Part shown: positions 25,801 through 35,437 of the stretch, in pieces
How positions within the stretch are numbered: position 1 is the stretch's first letter
How the letters are laid out: each line of letters opens with the position of its first letter
Source: Basidiobolus meristosporus CBS 931.73
Taxonomy: Eukaryota; Fungi; Basidiobolomycota
Assembly (NCBI GenBank): GCA_002104905.1
Contig: MCFE01000060.1
Location: 124,001-188,000 of the forward strand
DNA: 64,000 nt
Direction: 5' to 3'
The notes under the pieces: generated by a model
What the model was told of the DNA's origin: nothing
The model's database searches: none
What the model saw: the letters and a program-made list of their open reading frames with translations, nothing else
Position numbers and translations under genes: made by a program

Positions 25801-27568
25801 ATCCCTTACAAACATTCAATTTGATCGGAATTGAGTATTTTAGGCCCAAAACAAGCTGATTTTTCACCAATTGGCACATTTTCTGTTCCCCTATGTGTCC
25901 TAGCCTCCTATGCCACGTCTCCCAGTTGGCTTCATTAGTTTCAGCAATGTTGATATACTCAGGTACAATGATCTTGCATTGTAACTTGTATATATTGTGA
26001 TCTCTGATTCCCAAAGCTAATTTTTGTCCATTTTCACTCAGTATTGAGCAGCTCAGCTTAGTAAAAACAAATTTCAGTCCCTGTGTAGTTGCTTTACTGA
26101 CTGAGAGTAGGATCTTAGCTATTCCAGGTACATAGAGTACGTCAGTCAGTTTTGCTGTTGTTGTCCCTGAGTTATCACTCATATTTAGTTGTATAGACCC
26201 ACTGGCGGTAGCTTCCAATGCAGAGTTATCTCCCAGATAAACCTTTCTTACAGGAATAGTCTTTAAGTTGCTGAACCAATCCTTTATACCACAAATATGC
26301 TGTGATGCTACAGAGTCAATATACCATTCATTACTTTGGTTACTTGCACTCTCTTGTACAGTGACAAATAACTGTTCATCAGTAGTTATATGGTTTGCCT
26401 GCTCTAGTTTCTGTTGTTTGTCTGCTTGTTTCTTCTTGCATTCTCTTGTCCAGTGTCCTGGCTTCTTACAGTAGTTACAGCAGCCAGGTTTTCTTTGGTT
26501 TTGTTGCTTTCCCTTCTTTTCTGTATGCCTTTCTGACCGGAACAAAGCATTATCTTCAATTTTCTCTGCTTGATCATTACGTTTAGGTTCTTCATGGAGA
26601 AGTCTTCCTTTGACATAGTCTAAAGTCAAGTTGTCTTCTCTGCTTTCAAAAGAGAGTATGAGTGGCCTATACTCGTCTGGTATGCTGCAAAGCAGACAGA
26701 GTATCTTTTCTTCATCATCTACACCAGCATTAATACTGTAAAGTTCTTCTGCAAGTGTCTCCATTCTGGTCATGAGTTGTAGCATGTCATCATCTGGCTT
26801 TTTTCTCATGTTGAAGAACTTTTGTTTCAAATAAAGCTTGCTTGATACTGACTTTGCTCTAAAGATCTTCTCTAAGGATTCCCATGCTGCTTTGGCAGTA
26901 TTTGAGGCATGAATTTGTCCAATGAAGGAGTCTTGCACATTGATGCATATTGCATTGAAGGCCTTTCTCTCCTTCTCTTGAAACTTCTCCACATCTTCTG
27001 CTGTTCCTTTGGGCTCAACTTCCTTTCCTGTTGCTATGTTCCAAAGCTTTCTTTCCTCAAGGTGGATCTGCATCTTGATTCTCCAAAGTCTGTAGTTCTT
27101 CCCATCAAACCTCTCCTTTACAGGGAAGATGTTGGTATTGCTTTGTTTGCTGGTAGAAGTCATCTTTAGAATATATTAAGGCAACCGGGGCTCATAACTT
27201 GTTGCAATTTAAGAAGTGATTTGGATATAAGGAACTTATCAAGAAATAGTGATAATAGTTGAACTGTTGTTTATTCATAAAGAAGCTCAGTATTTATACC
27301 TTTGTAGAAGTAATACAGCTGCAACACTAAGTGGGGAGGGTTTCTCAATATTCAGGAGCATTCTGTAACAGTTTCAGGGTTAGTACATAATGTTTGGTAA
27401 TAGTGCTAATTTGATCCTGACTATAGGGGAATAATCATAAGATCACATATCTGGAGAAAGTGGCAAAGTAAAGGCAGTAAATGAGTCCTACAGTGACTAA
27501 GACTAGCCTAGAATTGTTAAGTAAATTTTTAGCTGCTGAATGATACCAAGTAGTCCAATATTTCAACA
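22883..27568 (-). mobile_element. Near-intact Ty1/Copia family C element (C1), 4686 bp
   Basis: 369-bp LTRs at 22883-23251 and 27200-27568 with about 5 mismatches by eye, perfect 5-bp TSD GATAT, PPT gagggggag, and PBS AGTTATGAGCCCC at about 27187-27199. Confidence 0.97.
23246..27163 (-). CDS. C1 Gag-Pol polyprotein (gag, CCHC, PR, IN, RT, RNase H) in one frame with two premature stops (24971-24973 and 23732-23734) and RT YVDD changed to YVNN
   Basis: ORFs 24971-27163, 23732-24964 and 23246-23611 share a frame. Motifs CNYCKKPGHWTREC, WHRRLGH, HSDICGP, PQQNGVAER, YKARLVAKG, MDVKTAFLNG, ADILTK. Confidence 0.93.
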
Positions 27569-30132
27569 GATATATGACAAAACAACTAGCTAGGCCACAA
27601 ATTGAGACTATTAGAGTGGAACAAGGATTAATAATATACTTAGTTGAGAGGGAGTGTTGAAATATTGGACTATTTGGTAGTATTCAGCAGCTAGATATAT
27701 ACTCAGCAATTATGAATTAGTCTTAGACACTGCAGGACTAACTTACAGACTTAGCTTTGCCACTTTCTTCAGATCTATATACCTAAGATTATTCCCCTGA
27801 AGTAAAAAACAAACCAGCACTTTTACCAAACATTACATAAAAGCTCTGAAACAACTACAGAATGCACCTGAATGCTGACAAACCCTCCTTACATAGTCTT
27901 ACAGTTGTATTACCTCTACAAAGGTATAAATACTGAGCTTTCTTAAGAATAAGCCACAGAACTACCATTATCATTATTTCTTGTTAAGTTCCTTATATCC
28001 AAAGCACTTCTTGAATTGCCACAGTAACTTGAATATATTGTGATCTCTGATTTCTAATCAAATCTTTGTCCATTTTCACTTAATATGAGGCACCTCAGAT
28101 TAGTGTGTTACAAGTCTTGGTATAAGAGTTGTAGAGGAACAGGGAGTTTAGCTAGTATTGTGTTCACCAAAGCTTGAACTGATCTTTTTTGAAATTCCAG
28201 CAGCTCCTTGTGTACATTTTGCCAGATCAATTGCTGACTAATTGCGTTTCCTGATGTAGGCTGTGGCTGATGACTCATTTGATTGCATCATTATCACCCA
28301 AAAGATTGTACCTAATATTTCTATTTCTGTCTGATAAGGATCTGCTGAAACTTTTGCTGACTAATGCTACTGATTTGATAGATAATACTGATATACTTTT
28401 AACCTAAACATATAACTGATTGATTTGACCAAAAACTGATCTAACTTGAACATTCAAGTGGCAGCTCATAACATACTCCCCTGCTGAAGTTGAGAGGGTG
28501 CTCCTGAATCTCTTTTCTTGTGATACCAATATCTTGATGGTTCTGTATTATCAGTAAGTCTTGCAAGCTTGAGTCTGTCCCCATGCACTAAGTCTTCCTG
28601 GATATTACCTTGCTTGTCCACTAGTTGGTAAGTTGCAAATGGACATTCTCTGATGATCTTCAATGGTCCTGTCCATTGTGGCTCAAATTTTTCCAAGTGT
28701 TGTTTCTTAGCAATACAAAGTTCCCAACTGTCAATGCTTCTGGTGCTATAGTCTTATCAAATCTCTGCTTCTCCTTCTCTGCACTTTGAGTTACATTGGT
28801 CTGTGCCTCTTGAGATCTTTGTTCCAGTTGCCGGTGTCTACTTAGCTGACTGAGTTCATCTTCTAAGGTGTGTGTAAGCTTTGGTTGTGTGAGATCTCCT
28901 GGAATTCCTGGTTCACATCCATGCAACAAGTAAAATGGCAATTGCTGGGTGGTGTTGTGTACTCTGACTCTGCATGCAAAGAGTGCTTGGTCTATATACT
29001 CATCCCATCTACTGACACCTCCATTTGCATACTTGGTCAGCATTTTTTCAAATAATCCATTAAACCATTCAGTGACTCCATTAGTTCTGGGGAGATATGC
29101 TAAGGTTTTCAGGTGTTTGATCTGCAGCATTTCCAGGTAGGATTCAAATATTTTGCAATAAAGTTTGCACCTCTACTGGATAGAATCTTTACATAGTATC
29201 CAAACTTCATAAGGATCTCATGGTAGATGAAACTTGCAACTTCTTGTTCACTGGCTATAGGTACAGCATTAGCCTCTGGCTATTTAGTGGCATGGTAAAT
29301 TGCTACTAGGATCCAATGGTTGCATTTCCTGGTAGTTGGCTGTCTTCCAATAAAGTCAATTCCCCATCTTTCAAATGGTCTTACAAGAACCAGGGGAAAG
29401 AGCTCAGCAACTCTCTGTGATTTGCCTTGGTTGATTTCGCAATCTGGGCATGTTTTCACTAGCTGCTCAATGTCAGGTTTAATTCTGGGCTACCATGCTC
29501 TGGCTTTCACAAGGCTATAGGTTCCTTCAATTCCAAGATGTCCATATCCATTGTGTAGCTTATGTACTAAATCCAGGCAAAAAACATAAGAGCAATAGGC
29601 AATAGGGCTTCCATCAACAATTTGGTACAGTGTTTCTGTTGAAATATTGGACTATTTGGTATCATTCAGCAGCTAAAAAATTTACTTAACAATTCTAGGC
29701 TAGTCTTAGTCACTGTAGGACTCATTTACTGCCTTAACTTTGCCACTTTCTCCAGATATATGATCTTATGATTATTCCCCTATAGTCAGGATCAAATTAG
29801 CACTATTGCCAAACATTATGTACTAACCCTGAAACTGTTACAGAATGCTCCTGAATATTGAGAAACCCTCCCCACTTAGTGTTGCAGCTGTATTACTTCT
29901 ACAAATGTATAAATACTGAGCTTCTTTATGAATAAACAACAGTTCAACTATTATCACTATTTCTTGATAAGTTCCTTATATCCAAATCACTTCTTAAATT
30001 GCAACAAGTTATGAGCCCTGGTTGCCTTAATATATTCTAAAGATGACTTCTACCAGCAAACAAAGCAATACCAACATCTTCCCTGTAAAGGAGAGGTTTG
30101 ATGGGAAGAACTACTGACTTTGGAGAATCAAG

Positions 30133-30930
30133 ATGCAGATCCACCTTGAGGAAAGAAAGCTTTGGAACATAGTAACAGGAAATGAAGTTGAGCCTAAACA
30201 AACAGCTGAAGATGTGGAGAAGTTTCAAGAGAAGGAGAGAAAGGCCTTCAATGCAATATGCATCAATGTGCAAGACTCCTTCATTGGACAAATCCATGCC
30301 TCAAATACTGCCAAAGCAGCATGGGAATCCTTAGAGAAGATCTTTAGAGCAAAGTCAGTATCAAGCAAGCTTTATTTGAAACAAAAGTTCTTCAACATGA
30401 GAAAAAAGTCAGATGATGACATGCTACAACTCATTACCAGAATGGAGACACTTGCAGAAGAACTTTACAGTATTAATGCTGGTGTAGATGATGAAGAAAA
30501 GATACTCTGTCTGCTTTGCAGCATACCAGACAAGTATGAGCCATTCATACTTTCTTTTGACAGCAGAGAAGACAACTTGACTTTAGACTATGTCAAAGGA
30601 AGACTTCTCCATGAAGAACTCAGACGTAATGATCAAGCAGAAAAAATTGAAAATAATGCTTTATTCAGGTCAGAAAGGCATACAGAAAAGAAGGGAAAGC
30701 AACAAAACCAAAGAAAACCTGGCTGCTGTAACTACTGTAAGAAGCCAGGACACTGGACAAGAGAAAGCAAGAAGAAACAAGCAGACAAACAACAGAAACT
30801 AGAGCAGGCAAACCATATAACTACTGATGAACAGTTATTTGTCACTGTACAAGAGAGTGCAAGTAACCAAAGTAATGAATGGTATATTGACTCTGTAGCA
30901 TCACAGCATATTTGTGGTATAAAGGATTAG
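30133..30930 (+). CDS. gag: C2 Gag (N-terminal stop upstream; truncated in protease)
   Basis: Nearly identical to C1 Gag. The knuckle is degenerate (TRESK instead of TRECK). Confidence 0.85.
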   Translation: MQIHLEERKLWNIVTGNEVEPKQTAEDVEKFQEKERKAFNAICINVQDSFIGQIHASNTAKAAWESLEKIFRAKSVSSKLYLKQKFFNMRKKSDDDMLQLITRMETLAEELYSINAGVDDEEKILCLLCSIPDKYEPFILSFDSREDNLTLDYVKGRLLHEELRRNDQAEKIENNALFRSERHTEKKGKQQNQRKPGCCNYCKKPGHWTRESKKKQADKQQKLEQANHITTDEQLFVTVQESASNQSNEWYIDSVASQHICGIKD

Positions 30931-31039
30931 GAGATCTACCAGAATAAGAAATGCCCTTGGATCCAGGTGGCAGATATCCAATGATCCTAAAGAAGCTTAT
31001 CTTGCCTTATGTGCCAAACCTCAGAATCTGGAACAGGCA

Positions 31040-32599
31040 ATGCAAGGTCCAGATGCTACTAAGTGGCAACAAGCCATGCAGGAGGAGTACCAATCACTGA
31101 TCAAGGCAAAAACGTGGGAACTGGTAGATTTACCAAATGGGAGAAAGCCAATAGGATATAGATGGGTCTACAAGATCAAGATAACCTCAAATGGTGCCGT
31201 TGATGAGTACAAGGCTAGATTGGTAGCTAATGGCTATTCCCAGATCCAGGGACTAGACTTTAAGGAAACATTTGCTCCAGTTGCCAAGTTTAACTCTATT
31301 AGGACAGTTCTAGCGCTGGCAGCTGTACACAGTCTAGATCTACACCCAATGGACGTCAAAACAGCCTTTCTAAATGGGGATTTGCAAGAAACTATATATA
31401 TGGAGCAACCAGAAGGTTTTACCAATCCAAAAGGCCCACATAAGGTGTGCAAACTTAGAAAATTGTTGTATGGGCTTAAGCAGGCACCCAGAGCATGGTA
31501 TAACAAGATTGACACATATCTAGAGGAAATTGGGTTCTCTCGTAGCACTGCAGATCACAGTATATATGTAAAACAGCTCAAAAAGGTTGTGATTATCCTA
31601 GTTCTTTATGTGGATGACCTCATTATAGCTACAAGTGATCAAGAGCCACTTAAACAGACAAAATCAGATCTCTTCAGCAAGTTTGAGATGAAAGATCTTG
31701 GAAAATTGAGCTATTTTCTTGGAATTGAGGTCAAATTTGACATACTTACGCAGAAAATTGTGCTGAATCAGTCTAAGTACATCAGGGACATTTGTAGACG
31801 CTTCAAAATGGAAAATTGCAAACCTGCAGCAACCCCTATGGACAATAACCTGAAATTAAGCAACTCTCAGCCATTTATAGATGAAAATGGCTCAAATATG
31901 GACCAAAACTTTCCCTATCAATCAATAGTTGGTAGCCTTATGTACTTGATGGTGTCTACATGTCCAGATATTGCAGTAGCAGTTGGAATAGTCAGTCAAA
32001 TCATGCAGAATTATGGATCAGATCAAATTGCAGCAGTTAAGCAGATTTTCAGATATCTACAAGGTACCATAAATATGGTACTGGAATACTCTGGAGCAGC
32101 TAATAGGCAAAAATTTGATGGTTATAGTGATTCAGATTGGGGTAGGGATCTGATTGACAGACGCTCTACCACAGGCTATGTATTTCTTTATGCTGGTGCA
32201 GCTATTACTTGGAATTGCAAGAAACAACCAACTGTGGCACTATCTATAACTGAAGCCAAGTATATGGCTGCATGTCAAGCAACAAAGGAGGCTATATGGC
32301 TACAAAAATTATTCAAAAACTTAGGTTTTAATTCAGGTGAACCAACATGTATTTACAAGGATAATCAAAGTTGTATTTCATTAGCTAGAAATCCTACTAA
32401 TCATGCCAGAACTAAGCACATTGATATACAGCATCACTTTGTGGGGGAAGCTGTAGAAAATAACTTAGTGGAGCTGGTTTACTGCCCAACTGACAAAATG
32501 GTGGCAGACATATTGACAAAACCACTAGCTAGGCCACAGTTTGAGATCCTTAGAGAGAAATTGGGATTAAGAAATTATTTAGTTGAGGGGGAGTGTTGA
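31040..32599 (+). CDS. C2 reverse transcriptase-RNase H, open frame
   Basis: 519-aa ORF with YVDD, GYSDSDW, HIDIQHHF and ADILTK, ending in the PPT/LTR (VEGEC*). Confidence 0.93.
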   Translation: MQGPDATKWQQAMQEEYQSLIKAKTWELVDLPNGRKPIGYRWVYKIKITSNGAVDEYKARLVANGYSQIQGLDFKETFAPVAKFNSIRTVLALAAVHSLDLHPMDVKTAFLNGDLQETIYMEQPEGFTNPKGPHKVCKLRKLLYGLKQAPRAWYNKIDTYLEEIGFSRSTADHSIYVKQLKKVVIILVLYVDDLIIATSDQEPLKQTKSDLFSKFEMKDLGKLSYFLGIEVKFDILTQKIVLNQSKYIRDICRRFKMENCKPAATPMDNNLKLSNSQPFIDENGSNMDQNFPYQSIVGSLMYLMVSTCPDIAVAVGIVSQIMQNYGSDQIAAVKQIFRYLQGTINMVLEYSGAANRQKFDGYSDSDWGRDLIDRRSTTGYVFLYAGAAITWNCKKQPTVALSITEAKYMAACQATKEAIWLQKLFKNLGFNSGEPTCIYKDNQSCISLARNPTNHARTKHIDIQHHFVGEAVENNLVELVYCPTDKMVADILTKPLARPQFEILREKLGLRNYLVEGEC

Positions 32600-33468
32600 A
32601 ATATTGGACTATTTGGTATCATTCAGCAGCTAAAAAATTTACTTAACAATTCTAGGCTAGTCTTAGTCACTGTAGGACTCATCTACTGCCTTAACTTTGC
32701 CACTTTCTCCAGATATATAATCTTATGATTATTTCCTTATAGTCAGGATCAAATTAGCACTATTACCAAACATTATGTACTAACCCTGAAACTGTTACAG
32801 AATGCTCCTGAATATTGAGAAACCCTCCCTACTTGGTGTTGCAACTGTATTACTTCTACAAAGGTATAAGTACTGAGCTTCTTTATGAATAAGCAACAGT
32901 TCAACTATTTTCACTATTTCTTGATAAGTTCCTTATATCCAAATCACTTCTTAAATTGCAACAGTTTCATCCTGTACTACAAATTTGCTGGCTTCATCCC
33001 AGATTATCTTCTTGATATCTTAATCCACCCCATTAGGAATGGCTTGGTCTTCCAAGTACTTTGGTAATAGGCTAGGCCAGGTGAGAGCTCATAGGTCTTG
33101 TTGTCCTGCTGGATCTGAGTAGAATGGGTTCTCCAATTGATTGATGGATTACAACAAAATATCCAGATTTTCCCAAGTACAAGGTCAAGCTTGCCGCTCC
33201 CATATATATGGGCCTGTAGATCCTCTTCATAGTCACTGATCTTCATCCTTACTGGCTGAGTGATACAGTTGAATATGTGAGAGTTCCCATCAGGTGTTGA
33301 GACTGAAGTTGATTTGGTGGGTTCCAAGTTGATTCCAGCTTTCAAAGCAAATTGCTCTGACATGTACTCATGCAATGCTCCTGAGTCAATCATGATTTTG
33401 GCAGGTACTCCATTGACTACTTCATTCAAGTATTATAGCTTTCCTGAGTTTGAGGTCATCTGGCATAG

Positions 33469-33764
33469 TACAAGAAGTGGTAAATAAGAATCAAGTGTGT
33501 GAAGTTATAATTAAATATGGAAAGAGAAAAGGGGAGAAATGTTCAAGGATACTAAAAGATAATAACCAATGTTGTGGGTATCACAAGTCAAAGGCAGGGT
33601 CAGATTATATCCCAAAGTTGATAAAAATGGAAGAAATAGTGGGAAAGGATAAGTTGCAAGAGGATGTAAATATATGTAATAAGTATGTAAATAATAATGA
33701 TTTGTACGGAGAGTCATCGTCATCAAGATGGTATGATGAAATAAGCAACAGATTAGCGACGCTA
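33469..33764 (+). other. Foreign ~296-bp fragment inside B4 encoding a Cys/His zinc-finger-like peptide
   Basis: No similarity to other B copies here. Stop-free plus frame VCEVIIKYGKRKGEKCSRILKDNNQCCGYHK.... B homology stops at 33468 and resumes at 33765. Confidence 0.75.
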
Positions 33765-35437
33765 GATTAGTCACTGTGGGCTTCCTAACTCCAAACATAG
33801 CCAAGCCATAGTCAATGGCAATCTTGATGGCTACTTCAATAGTCTGAGGTCTTTGATAATTCACTTTCTTACAAGTTCTTTCTTTCAACCCATCAATAGA
33901 GTATTCAACTTCATCCAAAGGGCCCATTCTTTCAATTTGCCCAAGTAGGCATCTATATTCATAGATGCAATCTTGGACAATTCCTTTCTGTCTGAGTTTC
34001 TTCAACTTTCTTCTTAGTAGTGTCTGTTGGTGTGGGAGCTCAAAGACATCCTAAATTTCCAACATAAACTCATTTCAGGTAGAGATTGTGGAGAATCCCA
34101 TCATGGTGGCTGACCTGATCTTGTTGTGGTACCACTGTAAAGCTGTGTCTGCCAGGTAAGAGGCTGCATAATGTAACTTGCTTTCTGGAGCAATTCCTTT
34201 AGCCTTGAAAGCTTCTTCAATCTGGAAGAGCCAAGTTGCCAGGTTTTCATTGACTCTACCATGGTACTGGTTGACCTTCACACTAAAATTGCTCTTGACA
34301 GGGTTTTGCTGGCTTTGGGCCATGGTAGTCATTCCTTGTTGCTGCTGGGCCAGGATTTGTTGCACAGCAATCTTCCATTCTTGATTTTTGACATCTTGAA
34401 GGAGGCTTCTTCTTTCCCAAGGAGGGATGTTTCTGGTTACTGCTGCTACCAATGTTAAAAGTCTTGGTATAAGAGTTATTGAGGAATAGGGAGTTTATCT
34501 AGTATGGTATTTACTAAAACTTGAACTGATCTTTATTGAGATTCCAGCACCTCCTTGTATACATTTTGCCAGATCAATTGCTGACTAATTGTATTTACTG
34601 ATGTAGGCTGTGGCTGATGACTCATTTAATTGCATCATCATCAACCAATAAGCCCCTACATAATATATCTATTTCTGTCTGATCACAATCTGCTGATTCA
34701 TTTGCTGACTAATACTACTGATTTGATAGATTATAATGATATACTAATACCCAAACATATAACTTGATTTGACCAAAAACTGATCTGTCTTAAACATTCA
34801 AGTGGCAAATCATAACAAGTGAAAACAAGCTTCAGTCCCTTAGAATTCACTTTACTGAATGAGAATAGGTTCTGAGCTATTCCATGCTGATAGAATACAT
34901 TGCTTAGCTTTGCTGTTGTTGTTCCTAAGATATCACTCACTTTTGCTCTGTAGCATTTTGGGTTTTCTCTCCTTCTGTTGAAGCTGTTCAACTTATTCTG
35001 TTGTTCCTTGAGGCTCAACTCCTTTACTATAACTATATTCCAAGGTTATCATTGCTCAAGGTTAATATGTAGCTTGATATTTCATGGGATTTGGTTCTTC
35101 CCATCAAACCTCTGCTTTACAGGGGAGATATTGACGTTATGCTGTTTACTGGCAGAAGACATCCTCATAATAGATTAAGGTAATTGGTGGTAATAACCTG
35201 TTGGAATTTAAGAAGTGTTCTGGATATAATACACTTAGCAAGAAATGATGAAAAGTGTTGAGCTATTGATGATTCATAAAATATCACTGTATTTGTACCT
35301 TGACAGAAGTAATACAGCAGTAACACTAAGTAAGGAGAATTTTTCAACACTCAGAAGCATTCTGTAAGGGTTTAATGGTTAGAACAGAATATTTGGTAAA
35401 AGTCCTGATTTGATCTTCACTACAAGGAAATAAATAT

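Larger units (their letters stand above)
20420..28023 (+). mobile_element. Old family C Copia (decayed IN-RT-RH, 3' LTR 27655-28023), split by the younger copy C1
   Basis: Decayed homology to C1/C2 coding DNA. The RNase H end resumes after TSD GATAT at 27569, followed by PPT gagagggag and the LTR. Confidence 0.8.
29637..32963 (+). mobile_element. Family C Copia copy C2 (3327 bp), an internally deleted derivative lacking integrase and most of protease
   Basis: 370-bp LTRs at 29637-30006 and 32594-32963 with about 12 mismatches, TSD GTTTC, PBS AGTTATGAGCCCT at 30007-30019. The gag/PR start is joined to the IN-RT linker at about 30928. Confidence 0.95.
28106..34817 (-). mobile_element. Family B Gypsy copy B4 with both LTRs (28106-28473 and 34453-34817); RT and RNase H deleted; hosts C2 and a foreign insert
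   Basis: TSD AGTG (28102-28105 and 34818-34821). Integrase ORFs 28466-29130, PR IDSGA (33004-33429), gag 33511-34452, PBS and PPT present. Confidence 0.9.

Noticed and set aside
30915-30945. C2 as a retrocopy of a spliced subgenomic Copia RNA
   Set aside because: The nearest GT/AG pairs in C1 do not reproduce the observed junction exactly (off by one base), whereas a TT microhomology does.
28474-33468. Functional complementation between C2 (RT, no IN) and its host B4 (IN, no RT)
   Set aside because: They belong to different superfamilies with different primers and LTR ends, and B4 ORFs are decayed, so it is most likely coincidence.
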